From: a virus
IMG/VR virus record: IMGVR_UViG_3300045988_039227
Coordinates: 32,001-96,000 of that record
Length of the DNA: 64,000 bases
Strand: one strand, 5' to 3'
Below the pieces are notes generated by a model that was given only the letters and a program-made list of their open reading frames with translations, had not been told where the DNA came from and did no database searches. Below, one piece after another: positions 1 to 13,400 of the stretch. Position 1 is the first letter of the stretch, and the number at the start of each line of letters is the position of its first letter. A program made the position numbers and the translations under genes.

Positions 1-3000
1 AATATTGTAAGAGGTACTTGCTTTGATTTCATAGAGCCATCCTTACCTTCCCATGTCTTTGTATACATAAGAATATTCTCAGCTATCCATCTCTCTACAG
101 ACTATCTATTACCACCAAGTGTAGAGAAGTCTATTGCTATCTTACCATCAAGCGATATATATCTAGGCATCCTGCCATCAAGAGCTGCATCTGTATACTG
201 TTTAAGTATGTATTCAAACCACGACATAGGTTCTACGCCATTTGGATTGTTGCGTGGGTCAAATTTTGTTACTCCATCTTTAGCTAATTGCATTCCAGAA
301 GGATCTGTATAAGGAACTTCTCTAATATCAAAAGCGTCTCTAAATTCTTCTGGATCTATACCAGTAGCATTATTCTCTTCATTATTTTTAATATCAGCAG
401 ATCTTGAATAGAACCACATGTCTGGTATCTTTACTGTACCGTCAGGCTACTAAGAAAAGATTACATTACTAAAATCTTTAACAAAGCCATTCTTTGTCTT
501 AATAAGCTTCTTCATTGAACTCTAGAACATTCTCTACAAACTTTCTTTAGCAGACTTATTTTTACCAAAGATGTATTCGAGATATTCTGGGTTTATACCA
601 TATTCTGAATTAGCATCAATAAACTTATACAGATCCTGCGTAGTTTTTTCTCCAGCTTTAATCTAATCTACTATATTCTGGTACTCTTTATCAAACTCCT
701 CAAAATCTGTAGAATAGTCTGTTTGTTTAGCTAACCAATTATTCCAAGACTGTATCTCAAGAGCCGTCTGTAACTCATCGCCTTCTTTGAGATTACCTTC
801 TTGATCAAATGGGTTACCTAAGTCTTGTAAGGCATCCTTCCACATCTACAGTTTCTGATAATCGTGAGGATTAAGCTTTTCTGGGTAGGATAAACCAGTC
901 TACTTATCTGAACATTTCTATAATAAATAGTTAAGTTGGTCTTGTATATACTGCTGCCTAGAAAGTGTTCTTGGAGATAAACCGTGACCAGTTCTAGTCT
1001 TTGGATCGTAAGGTTTACTCAGACGCTCCATAAAGTATATCTTAGAATATCTTCTGTGCGCATGATCACACAGCCATTCCTCATATCTTCTTTGATATGT
1101 TACATAGTTTGGTTCTTGATCTCCGATCCACTACTCTTCTTCTACAGATGATTCTGTGTCGCTTCTTAAAGTCTCTCCAGTTATAGGGTCTTTATAATAG
1201 AAATAGCCATATTTATCTTGCCATTCTTTATTAAGCTTCTCTTTAAAGTTTTCCTAATCTTGTTTAAACTAACCTCTATTAACAGCTGATCTAAACAAGC
1301 CTGTGAACTCTCCCTTCTTAGGACCGTCTGTATACCTCTCCATCAACATTGTCTACCAGTTTCCTGGAGTAAGGTCATCTATGATAGAGTTGGCTTTATC
1401 AAACGCTTTAGCTATCTACTGCATAACAGGAAGAGATTCTTTTCTAGTCTGTTGATCTGCATCCTGTATCATCTAGAATGCTTGGCGAATAATAGGGCTG
1501 TTCTATCTAGAATAGTTAAAGAATAATGTAAGTTTAGACTCATCTCCATACATATCGTTCTTATGAAGCCAATCTTTAGCTACTGTCTTTATTTTATTCT
1601 TCTCTTCCTCTGACTCGTTAATATACTTATCCACATTTTCATCAACTATTTTATCTGCTACAATTTGTGCGGCATCTTTCCATAATTGATTAATCTATCT
1701 TACTGTAGCATTAAGTGTATCAACATCAGCCTAATCTCTAGCATCGAGATCCATCTAGTTATCAGACAATGTTTTGACAAGATCGTTGTAGAAGTCTATA
1801 ATATTAGACTTCATATCGTGTATCTATTCAGCTGTAAGGCTATCGAAATTATTCTTCTAACATTCCTGCAAGAAGCCTAAAATAGTGTCTCTACGAGCCT
1901 ATAAAATAGTATTGTCAATAGGGTCACGCGCAAACACACCAATGGTCTTTAAAGCAGACTGTATAGCTATTCTTGAGGACTCTTTCTTTTCTTGTGACTT
2001 GAGCTCCTATATTGTAGACCACACTTGATCTTCTCTACGCTGTCTATTAGCGCCCTTGTTAAGCTATTTTTTATAATCCTTGTACAATCCCTAGAAAAGC
2101 TCAGTTATTCTATGATGTATCTGATTAATCTTATCTTCAGAAGCTTGTATTGAAGCTAATCTATCTTTGGCTTCCTTATCAGTTATATTGTCTTCTTTCT
2201 ATTCGTTGTGAGACATAACTGTAAACAAATCGCTAACAGCGGCTTCGTATACATTATCTGAACCAATAAATCCTTTATAGCTTGTAAATATCTAAGAATA
2301 TATTTTCTTTATAGTCTGCTTAATCTTTTCGAACAGTGTTTGTTTACGATTATATTGTATAGACTTTAATTTTTCTACAAATTGCGCATTACTTAATTCT
2401 GCTACAAATTCATACACGTCGCTCAAACCGTAGTCCTACGCATCTTCTCCAAGAGCTTTCTTTGTTTTCTCATAGAGATCTGTAAATGACTTTCTTATTC
2501 TAGAATCATTACCAATCGCATGTTCTGTTACAGCATGTAGCATTTCATGGACGATTGTCTATACTTCAGGCGCTTGCGACTTACTTTCGTTTCTGAATCT
2601 AGCATTTTTGTTTATACGGATAACCTTATCGACTCTATCGTAATGTGCAGCCTCTCCTCCAGGAAGATTATCAACTATTTCATATGTAATTCCAGTCTAT
2701 TTATCATTAAAATACCTATTTACGGCAGCCATAACGAGCTTTAAAGCTGTACTAGATATGCCACTTCTATGAGATTTTAAATACTGCTACAATGTTGATA
2801 TGTCGCCCTTAGAAGGTATGTTAGACAACCTAGTTGCTGCTCCCATATTCGATTCTCCTTGAGAAGATGCATATATGTCATCTGGATTAGCAAACTGTCC
2901 ATTGTTGAATACAGATTTTACCTATGAATTATCTATACATTCATATACAGTATGAGGAGAATACGTTTCGGCGGAAGACCCATAATCAACAACGTTGTTT

Positions 3001-4463
3001 ATTATTACGCCATCATGATGAAAATCAGGATTGTAAAAGTGTATATTATTTTTCTAGTATTCCTACTTTATTTGATTTATATCTAAATCCAAATACCTTT
3101 TTATAGTAATAATATTATCTTTTATGTAAAAATTAGCATCTCTATTTTTATTTATGCTAACAGTGACTCCATATATATTAAATTTAGAGAAATCTTTATT
3201 CCTATATCTAGTATAAAGATCTGCTCTTGAATCGGATATTTCTGCATCAGAATAATTAGTGGTAAGGTATGTTTTTTCTAAATCCCTAGTTGATAGTGCT
3301 TTCTATCTTTCTTTTGCATAATATATAAGGTCATCTTCTGATATGCCTTTAAATAATGATGAAAGATATCTAGACTCCATAATATTTTCGTATATTGTTT
3401 TAGCCTATTCGGCACTAAAAACATGAACAATACTATAGATTATATCGTCGAAATTAAATTTTGAATCATATTTGTCGTCATCAAATGGAAGAATATCGTC
3501 AACAAGTCTATCTTTAAATTTATTTAATTTGTCATCAATTTCGTAATATCTTTTTTCATGAATATTGCTCCAACTATGACCATATGCATCAATTATTTTC
3601 GGGTTTTTGATATTTAAATAGTCAACTTTTATATTATCATAAAGATTATTTTCAAATCTGTTTTTATATTTTTCCGGATTAGCGTTATTATGTATATCAC
3701 TAAAATTGTAAAACGACCCTATTATATCTTCATATACAGAAGTAATTAATTTAAAAGGAACATTTGGATCCTAATACTCAACAAATAGTCCATCTAATTT
3801 TAACAAACAATCTTCTGCGTCTTTTATGTTACCATAATTTATCGCTTCTATAATTTTTTTCTTAAGAATATTATTAAACCAATCAAAATTACGTTTATCT
3901 TTAAAATCAGATTCTTCAACATTGTTCAAAATGCTAATAACAGTCCTTTTGGAATCTGTGTACCACTATGAATATTTTTTTAATGTGGCGTCATTAAACG
4001 ACGATAATATATAACTAGTCACATCGTTATAAGTCGATGACATAGTAATGCTATCTGTATGATATATAGCAGTTTTAAAACCTTCTATATTTGTGTCAAA
4101 CTTCTTAAAATTAGGACTATATTTACTGTTTACTGTATGATATGTAACCTACGGCTCTCCATTCTTATCTACAACTTTAGATACATTTTCTTTATCTTCA
4201 GAAGTCCAATCCCCAAACCATTTAAAGAATTCGTCAGAATATACTTTTGCCTTAAGTATAAGGGCTTGTGTTCTGTCGCCGTTTGCAATATGCAATAGCT
4301 CTCCAAATAATATAGAGTCGGCGCCATTTGGCGCCTTATCTATACTATATCCATTATTTTTGCTCCAGAGTAAATACGCAGTATCCTCATCGAACAAATC
4401 TTTTAATTCACCAAATTCTTTGGCTACTTGTTTATTATGTAAATTAGGACATATTTCTTTCAT
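1..4463 (-). CDS. Large ejected/virion polyvalent-type protein with an HExxH (zincin-like) motif. The 3' end lies beyond the window start (at least 1,487 codons).
   Basis: ATG at 4463-4461 overlaps the TAA of the upstream giant gene (TAATG). I read every codon of this frame down to nt 1 and found no TAA/TGA and ~39 in-frame TAG. ORF-track pieces 4149..4463, 663..845 and 102..419 are collinear fragments that each end in TAG. Motifs: FKWFGDW...VVDKNGEP-TAG-VTYH near the N-terminus, and VHEMLHAVTEH at 2535..2549. Confidence 0.8.
2535..2549 (-). other. HEMLH (HExxH) zinc-metallopeptidase-like motif inside the 1..4463 gene
   Basis: Minus-strand codons CAT GAA ATG CTA CAT lie in the gene frame. 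Context is IVHEMLHAVTEHAIGN, with a downstream Glu. Confidence 0.5.
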
Positions 4464-7400
4464 TATTTACCTCCTTTGCAATGTTTTCTAATTCTTTCAG
4501 CTTCTTCTATATCTTCCTTAGTAAGATTAATCTATGCCAAAGCCTACTTCTGCTGTTCTTCTTTAATTAGTGTATTAGCGTAATTATCACCTACAACTCC
4601 TTCTATTGATAATCCGTAGCCAGTATAACCTGCTCTAGTATTTTCCTAAACTGTTGATTTTATGTTAAATCTAGAAAGTAATTGTAAACTAAGCCATTCA
4701 GCAGCCTCTCTAGGTAACGCTGCTTTGCCAAGAGCTATAGCGGATGGGAATACAATTGGTTTACTATTGTCTATTCTTGCAAGCATATGGTTAACCCATG
4801 ATTTAAATGCCATTATATCACCTTGATTATCCTAGAAACATCCATCTTTAGCAAGCCATCTACCAGAAGCATCTTGCTGATTAACTTTTACTACAAGACC
4901 AAACGCATTAGGTGTAATTTTGCCATCACTACCAGTTCTGATGCAAGCTTGATTTGTACCAGTAGCACCAGAGCTTACATTTAATACCGGATTCTAATTA
5001 GCAAAACCTTGCATAGACAAACCTTGCGCCTTAGCATAAGCCTAAGCATTATCTGTGAATACGTACTGTACATTTGGGTGTTGTTGAGGCTAGTCTTTAT
5101 AGAATAACTGTTTGCTTATATACACAGTCTATCCAGAAGGACCTTTACCATCAAGATTAATATTAACAGCACTTTGTGTACTTTGTTGTTCTACAGCTTG
5201 TGATATTGTAGGATATTCTGAATTAGCATTATAGTACATCTAATTGAACCACGACATCCAGTTATTGCGCTGCTCGTCAGTAATATTTGGCTTCATCTGA
5301 CTAAGATAAGTCATAAGTTTACTAAGTTGGTTTTCAATAACTTCTTGACTCATAGGAATTCCATTTATATTTAGGTTAATATCACCAGCTTCGTAGATAT
5401 TAAGACCATCTCTATCTGACCAGCCCCTCTTAGGTAATAACGCATATACGGCACGCTTGGATCCATTAATCATAGCCTCTCCAACCTTTTTATACAATGT
5501 GTATGACGTTGGATCGCTATATACTGCTCCATCATTTCGTACTGATATATACAAAGCATCATGTTCGTGAGAGTCCTTGCTAATTATTACAGCAGGAGAA
5601 TACTAAGCATTGAAAGCGTAATAGTAATCTTTGAATGTAGCTCTGCTTACTAAATCGCTATCCATATAGTTGTTCTAAGCTATAAGATCGTGATTAATTT
5701 CTGGGGCTTCAAGTTGTTCCCTAATATAATCAGAGAATGGCACCGTACTTTCGTCGTGTCTAGCTTCAAGCCAACTCATAGGAATGTATTTAGCTATTTT
5801 ATTAAAGCCCTTTGTATCGCCAGATGTAAGCATTGCATACAATATAAGATCATTCGCAAATCTTCTAACATTAGCCTAATGGTCATTAAGAAGCTCCTCC
5901 CAAGACTCTATAAACATATCAGAAGACATCTTACTCTCATCCATACTATTAATAACGCTTATAAACTTAGGTTTGTTAGTAGGTTTTCCGTTTACAAAAA
6001 CATCCTAATCCTAAATATATGGAGCAAGATGTGATAATAGATAGTTATCTTTTAATCTACCTAAACCGTATGCATCACGCTGAATACAAGCCTGTATAGA
6101 GTTCAATCTATCAAATATTGTAGCATTACCGTCAAATAAACCTTTAACATCAATACCTAAAGACTTAGCTAATCTAAGAGCGTATCTAGCTTTAATCTAA
6201 CTACTAGCAGCCTATGATATCTTCTTCATAGTCTTAGCGTTTCTAAGCAAATCGGACTCTCTGTCATTCGTCTTATATTTAAAGTCATCGGATAAATTGA
6301 TAAGCTATTCCATAAACTAAGGTGTACCCTAGAATGATTGTCCAGCCATAACTCTCATAGGCTCTTGAATAGCGTCTCTTGTTTTCTACTCAATCCAAGT
6401 ACCATGTATAAGATTATTGATAGAGTTCGTATCAAACAGCTAATCAGTTTCTGGGTTTGTAAGATTCTCGTAACCTCTAAGATAAGCTTGCATCTCAAGG
6501 AAATTCTTACCTTGCTTACGAGTATCAATCTTAGTATACTGTACCAAACTATTTAATGCGTTAGAATACTTTTCAAGACACTTCCATGCTATGTAGCAAT
6601 TAACCTAGAAGGCTCTAGCTCTTTCTCCCTCTTCGGTCTAAGCATAGACTAAATCTGGGTTCTTAGCAATCTTCTAAAGCATATCCATATTATTGAGTAC
6701 AGAGTTTACTATCTCTGCTCGTCTAGCTGGTTCGCCTTTAGATTTATTTGGTTCAGTAGCGTCTTTAATATACTAATCGTCTATTGTTTTGCCAGTAACG
6801 CTAGGGAATATCTCTGCGAGTCTCTTATCTCTCATTTCGAAAGCTGACCTAAATACCTTAGGATCTCTAGTAAACTGAGACTTTGCATCAATATCTGCTT
6901 TAGCCATCTCTCTAATAATAGGCTAACATAAGAAATAAAGACCTTGTTTACCCTTACCGTTTCTAGCAAGTAAGTTGATCATATTATATGTAAACCCATT
7001 TACATTAAGCTTAGAGATATATGGATCTTTCACAATATCTACGTGGGCATTAATGAATGCTGATAACCAAGATGAAATCTGATTATTATCTTCATCAAGA
7101 ATCTAATCGAAACCGGTAATACCTGTCATCCGTGTAAAGCTAGACTCTTTAAATTTAACACCATACAATGTTGTAAGAATATGGTTTGTTACATTCAACG
7201 CAAATGGACCAATACCAGTCTTACCTGTAATGTAGTCATTTTTACGGGTAACCTGTTCATGCAGTGTACCAAAGTTGTACGCTACGCTCTTTGTGTTACC
7301 CTGTTCTGGAATCTCATCTGCAATGCTTGTTACAAGCTCTGTATCATTATCGATAGATTTATATAAGATATTAAGTGACTTTTTATCCTTAAGTACTGTA

Positions 7401-10400
7401 AGAATACTTTCTATAATGCTATTCTACAATCCTTCTGCGCTTTCTGGATCAAATTCATAACCTCCATTCTCATTAACATTATAACGTGCTAAATAAAGGT
7501 GGTCTATATCAAAATCCGAACCAGTAATCTTGGTAAACTCAGTTGGAAGTATTACTGTAGATTTAACAGCAGGTACAACATCAACAAAACGTAAAGCATG
7601 TATAGATGACTGAGCCTGTGTAGGAATACGATAACCAATCGTATTAGATGTGGCATTTTCTCCGATTATATTATGATCTAAAAGCCATTGTCTAGCTTCG
7701 TTGTAAGATAAGTTCTTTGGAAGTATATCCTAGAAGTAATCAATAGATATTACAGCATCCATAGAGCCTTCTTCGTTTATCATCTACAATCTCTTACCAT
7801 TATAGATCTCCTATCCTTGTATACCGCCTTCGCCATTTTTGCCTTCTATAGCAAATACTGATCTCTGAATAAACGAGCTACCAGGAGTCATAATGTCAAT
7901 AATATCCTTATTAGCCGCAGATATAAGCATAGACTCCATCCAGCTAGCATCAGCAGTAGATGCAATAGGCGCATTCATTGAGCCCGTCTATGGATTATAT
8001 GTAAGAGCGTCTATAAGATTCTTATTAGCATTTCTTGTGCCAAGTTGCTCTATAAGGTACTCGCTAAGCTTCTTTTGGTCTATAATTCCGTTAGAGTAGA
8101 ATCTATCTTTAAATTTGTCTACACCAAGTTTAGAAAGCTTATTAATAGAGCCCATTAACTTGTCTCTAAGCTGTTCTCCAGTCATGTCGCCATACGTTCT
8201 ATCAAGTCGCAAACTAGATAAACAAACCTTAATCATCTGTGTACCGGCTGCTACAACATCACCTTCCTCTGGATCAGTATTAAGCTGTCTACGAAGCGCA
8301 GATAATCTCTGTGTATAAACGTTCAGCGGCTTACTAATAGTCTCTCCATCGAACTCAGAATGGCCTTGTAGACCAACCTTTACAGCAGATGTCATAAGAA
8401 GATTATCAACCTTATTTTCCTTCATCTTATCATACACATTCTTAAGTTTACCTGTGGCTATACAATCAAATATAGGGAACAACGCAAACTTATTATAATA
8501 TGGAACAGATAAGTTAGAAACCTTCTTTCCATTCGTTGTATGATCCCTAAATCCGTATGCTGTATATTTTGTTGTTACAAGATTCACTTTATTATACACA
8601 AGGTCGTATGCATCTTTTTGATCCATCCACGAATATTTATCAGAACTTTCAAGGATATTAATAGCCTTTGCTACGTCGCCGAATAGCGCACCTCTAGAAC
8701 GAAGCATTCTTTTGCACATATCTGCTGTAATGTAAGATGCACCATCGGCTACATTGATTCCACCAGTATAGGCTTTATAGAAGTTGTTAGCTCTAGTTTC
8801 TATCTTCTTAACAGCATCCTCGCCAAAGTCGTCTACAAGCCTAGCTCTTACTGCGCCTATATCTAAATCATCAACACCTTTAAATCCGTAACGGTTTCCA
8901 TAGATTTCCCTAAGTTCACCATCACGCATCTTCTCTTGGAGTTCGCTCATTACATCGGCATTTGAAGCTACTTCATAGTCTGCTATCTCTGCACATCTAT
9001 AAAGTTCTCCATCTGAACCATCATAGTTTGGCAACGATGGGACGTTGTCATCACCTGTAGACACAAGGCCACCGATACGTTTCTGAATATCCTCTACGTT
9101 CTTAAAGAATCCAGGGTTGCCAATATATAATCTCAAGCATTCTTCTGATGAAATCATACCCCTATTTGTAACATCTTGTAATATAGCTGCTATAGCCATA
9201 CTATACGCTGTACGCTGTAAATTTTGTGTATTAGGCGTTATTCCTTTATCGGTGAGATCTTTATACATCTAAGCGTATAAAGTGCGTTCTACAGCATCTA
9301 TTTGGCTCTAATTAAGGTTTATGTTATTAAGGCCAAGGTAACCAAGCTTTTCATCTTTTGACACTATACCAAGACTAACGGCTTTATCTACCTCAAGTTC
9401 GTACTGCTCCTAAAGTGTTAAAGCCATTATCTACTCTTGCTCTTCTCTAGACTTATCAAAGAACTGTTCATTAAGAGTCTTAAGCTATTCGTCAGGAGAC
9501 ATATTGCTTATTTCGTAGCGTTTAATCTAGCCGTCTTCATACACTCTAAGTGTCGTAAGTGATTTAAACTGAATACCACCAGGCTACTTTCCTTTCTTGC
9601 CGATGTGATAATTCATTATCTTGTCTTCATCATTAAGTACGGGTAAGCCCTTAGGGTTATCTACATGTAAACCAAGTTGTTCTCTACAATCAAGTATAGC
9701 TTCACGCTCTGTATAAGCATATTCGATAAACTGATTTAATACAGATTGATTAGGCTGCAAATAGTAGTGAGAGCTATCTAAGAATATCATCTTTGGTGCA
9801 CCGGATACAGTATAAGCACCATTGTCTAACTACCCGAACTACATTCCAGGGATATTTATACCACCAAGAACCATATATGTACCCTTATCGGCAAGGGTTG
9901 GGAATACACAATATCCATTCTGAAGCATTGCGAACTTATTAATATAATCTTCAGCTTCAGCAAGATTGCTATATTTAGAACCATTGTCACCACGATTATC
10001 AGACTTGAAGCCAATAGGAGTATAAATACTAATATTGAAATCTTCTCCGTTCTGCAATTGCTTTGCAACAATAGAACCCATGTTCACGCCATTATTATTC
10101 ATAATGTTGTAACTAGACTACAAAATAGTCCTTACTACCATATTGTTCTTATCATGACTATTAAGGTTCTCTGTAGTATTGCTAATACTATTGTTCTATG
10201 ACTCGTTATACAGCTTAGTACCATCCATACCATTAGACATCTTATCTGTAGTAATCTTCATATAGGCTCCAGCCCAGTTACCTAATTCGCTAACAAAACC
10301 AGTCTTAAATATCTCGTCTACAGCCTTCTGTGTTGTATAACCATTTGTTTGTACGACTTTGCCGACTGCATCAATAAAACTATTAATATTAGATACACCA

Positions 10401-13400
10401 GTAGATGCAATCCACTTTTTAAGGGCTTCTCTACCAACGCCATTATACTTTGTAGATAACATATGATCGAGCATTTCTTTTGTAAAGTTTATACCAAGCA
10501 TATTAAACTCTTTGCATATATCATCTTTAAGTACCTCGATATCACTATTAGATGCTGCGCTTCTAATCCTTCCGTTTATCTTAAATTCACTAGCAGAATC
10601 ATTAAGTATCTACGATTGTAAATCAGAGAAGAACTGAGATATAAATCTAAATGCGTTTCTTGCTACAGTCGTAGGCATATCTACCTAAGTATTCTTTGTG
10701 TTATACTTTGTAGAAAGAAGCAATTGTCCATTCTACCCAACATACCTCTACAATAAGCCAGATTGACCAGAAGATAAGAACGAGTTCCAAAGCTTAGGGT
10801 ACATTCTGGCATCTCTGTCGAAGTTTGCATCAGATATTTTGACTTCAACACCTCCGTTCTTATTACGTATAGACCTACCAATAATAAAGTTGTGTTCATG
10901 GCCCTTTATAGCTGTAAAGATTTGTATCATAAACGCTTCTTTATCGAAGTCTATCTTTTCAAGCTAATTATCGTCGTTGAATGTATAGATAGAATTGTAT
11001 AGATCGCTATACTTCTAATAGATTGCCATATACATAGGGTTCTGCGTAGATAACTCCTGCAGTCTATTTAATAAGTCTAAAGGAGTTTTAACATCATGTA
11101 ACTTGCTAACAACTACATTAAATACCTGCTTAATAGGCATAAATGTAGGAACGCCATATATGTTCTTAGATGTATCAAGAGCAAGTTTACCGTTATCATC
11201 AAACTTATAGTAAGGTATTGTAGCAAAGAACATCTTCACTGGCTTACTTACAGAATCAAGCTTATTGAACTCAAATGCGGACTTATCGTATCTTTCGATA
11301 GACTTTCCATAATCATTCTCTTCCTGGTCACTTGTCTCAGAATCGTCATCATGCTGATATTTGCCGTCATAGGCATCCATTATTTCGGTAAGATACTTCT
11401 ATACTTCTTTTGATATAGCTGAGAAGTTAGGGAATACAACATCACCTTTATCATTTAATTCTGCGTAAAACACTTCTCTAAATGCTTGCTGTGTAGGAGT
11501 AACTGAATCAACAGACATATACTATCCATTCAGAACGGGCTTAACAGAACCTGGCTCGCCAATAAGGTTGTTTATAACCTTCATTGGTATATATTTAATA
11601 GGAAGTTCTGAAGAGCTGTGTACTGCATCATATATATCAGTAGCATCTTTAGCAGACTTTACTATAATATATCCAAGAGCTCTAGCCATATGTTCCTTCT
11701 CAGCGGCAGAGCCTATATGATCGAATTTGCGTCCATTTATTTCATAATGCAAGTCTTCGCCAAACAGCTTTTTAAATCTATCTTGCTGTTCTTTGCTTAC
11801 CTATTTATCTGCATATTTTCCAGACTTAATATCGTTGAACAAAGTAAGAACCGTTTTAGCATTGTTTCTGTAATGCCACAAGATACTTAATCTGTTAGCT
11901 ACTTTCTTTATATTCCTCTTAATCCAGCCTTGTTTCTTTATAGCATTAGCGTCTTTTGTGCCGAGCATATAATCGACGAATAAATCAGCCAATCCCTCAG
12001 CTACATCTCTTTCTGTAGCAGCTTCTGGATGAGCTTTTCTGTATGCAGAATACATCTATTCTCTTACAGATGGCTCTACAAGTAATTCTAATGCCCTATG
12101 GAATCCTTCATGGAAGCCAATAGTATAAGGAACTGAATTAGACATCTAGATAACAGCATCTGTACACCTAGCAAGTACTGCGCTATTCTTTTTATAAGCT
12201 ACATCTGATAACCTTTCGCTTTCTACCCACTATGGAGTAATACCTGTTGTCTTTCTGACCCATTCATCAACGGCACTAGCAAATGATGGCTTTTGTTTCT
12301 AGCCTTCAAACTCTGATAAATCTTGTTCATAGAACAAAGACATAAATGTGTCTTCGGCCTACTTTTGCTGCTATTGAATATCTTGTTTAGCAACTGTTTT
12401 AGATGCTTGCTGAGCGCTTCCATTTGGATGATTTTGTACAAGCTCTACATTATCTACGTATACTGTAGGAGGATCAAGTTTAGCTGCATATGACATTAAA
12501 TAACCATTGCGCAGCATATAACCAAGACCGGTAGTACCTTTGCCATCATGAGTAAAGTCTTCTCTTGTAAACGTAAGACCATTTGGAAGTTCTACTTTAT
12601 CAAGGTTAGGATTTGATGCATATTGCGCATTAAGCTTAGCTAATACACTATTATGTGATGACTATATATATTGCTGCATATTCTACTGAACAAATGCAGC
12701 ATCTTTTGTCATATACATATTACACAGAGCATTGTAGATATTAGCGTAGTCTACACTAGGATTTTGCGTAGGGTAAATAACATTACCTATTATAACTCTC
12801 TTATTAGCCGGATCTAATGTAACAAGACCTTCTATTGAGTTATATTTCTCATTTAATACTTTATTGTCAGCCTTAATATAAAGAACCTGCTTAAGTAAAT
12901 CGTCTATAGAATATCCTTGATACTCATTTAAACCTTGATAACATTTATACCATATAAGGTCTGCAATCTTATTAGCCTAACCACCTTGACCAGCAGTAAA
13001 TTTAGGCTGTATTAACGGCGTACCAATACATCTATTATCTACAGCTTTCTCAGTCTGACCAGTATCATAGAAGTATACAATATTACCAGATTGTGTTATA
13101 GCTGTACGTTTTATATATTCTAGATCAAATCCACTAATTAAAGTTGATAATTCTGGGCCACCATATACCATCTTCGTTACGTCACCAGTGTTTACGTTTT
13201 GTGTAGCCTTAAGGAAACCTATTCTGTTACCAGCGTCGCATGTAATATTGTACAAATCATGCTAATTAAGCGTTCCTGCGAACAAGAATTTACTTACAGG
13301 CTATAATTCACTACCGTTCTTAATTGAACCCTTAGAACGGCTTAATTTCATGCTTATATGGTATCCTGGATGTGTTTTCATAAAGTCGAGCATATACTTA

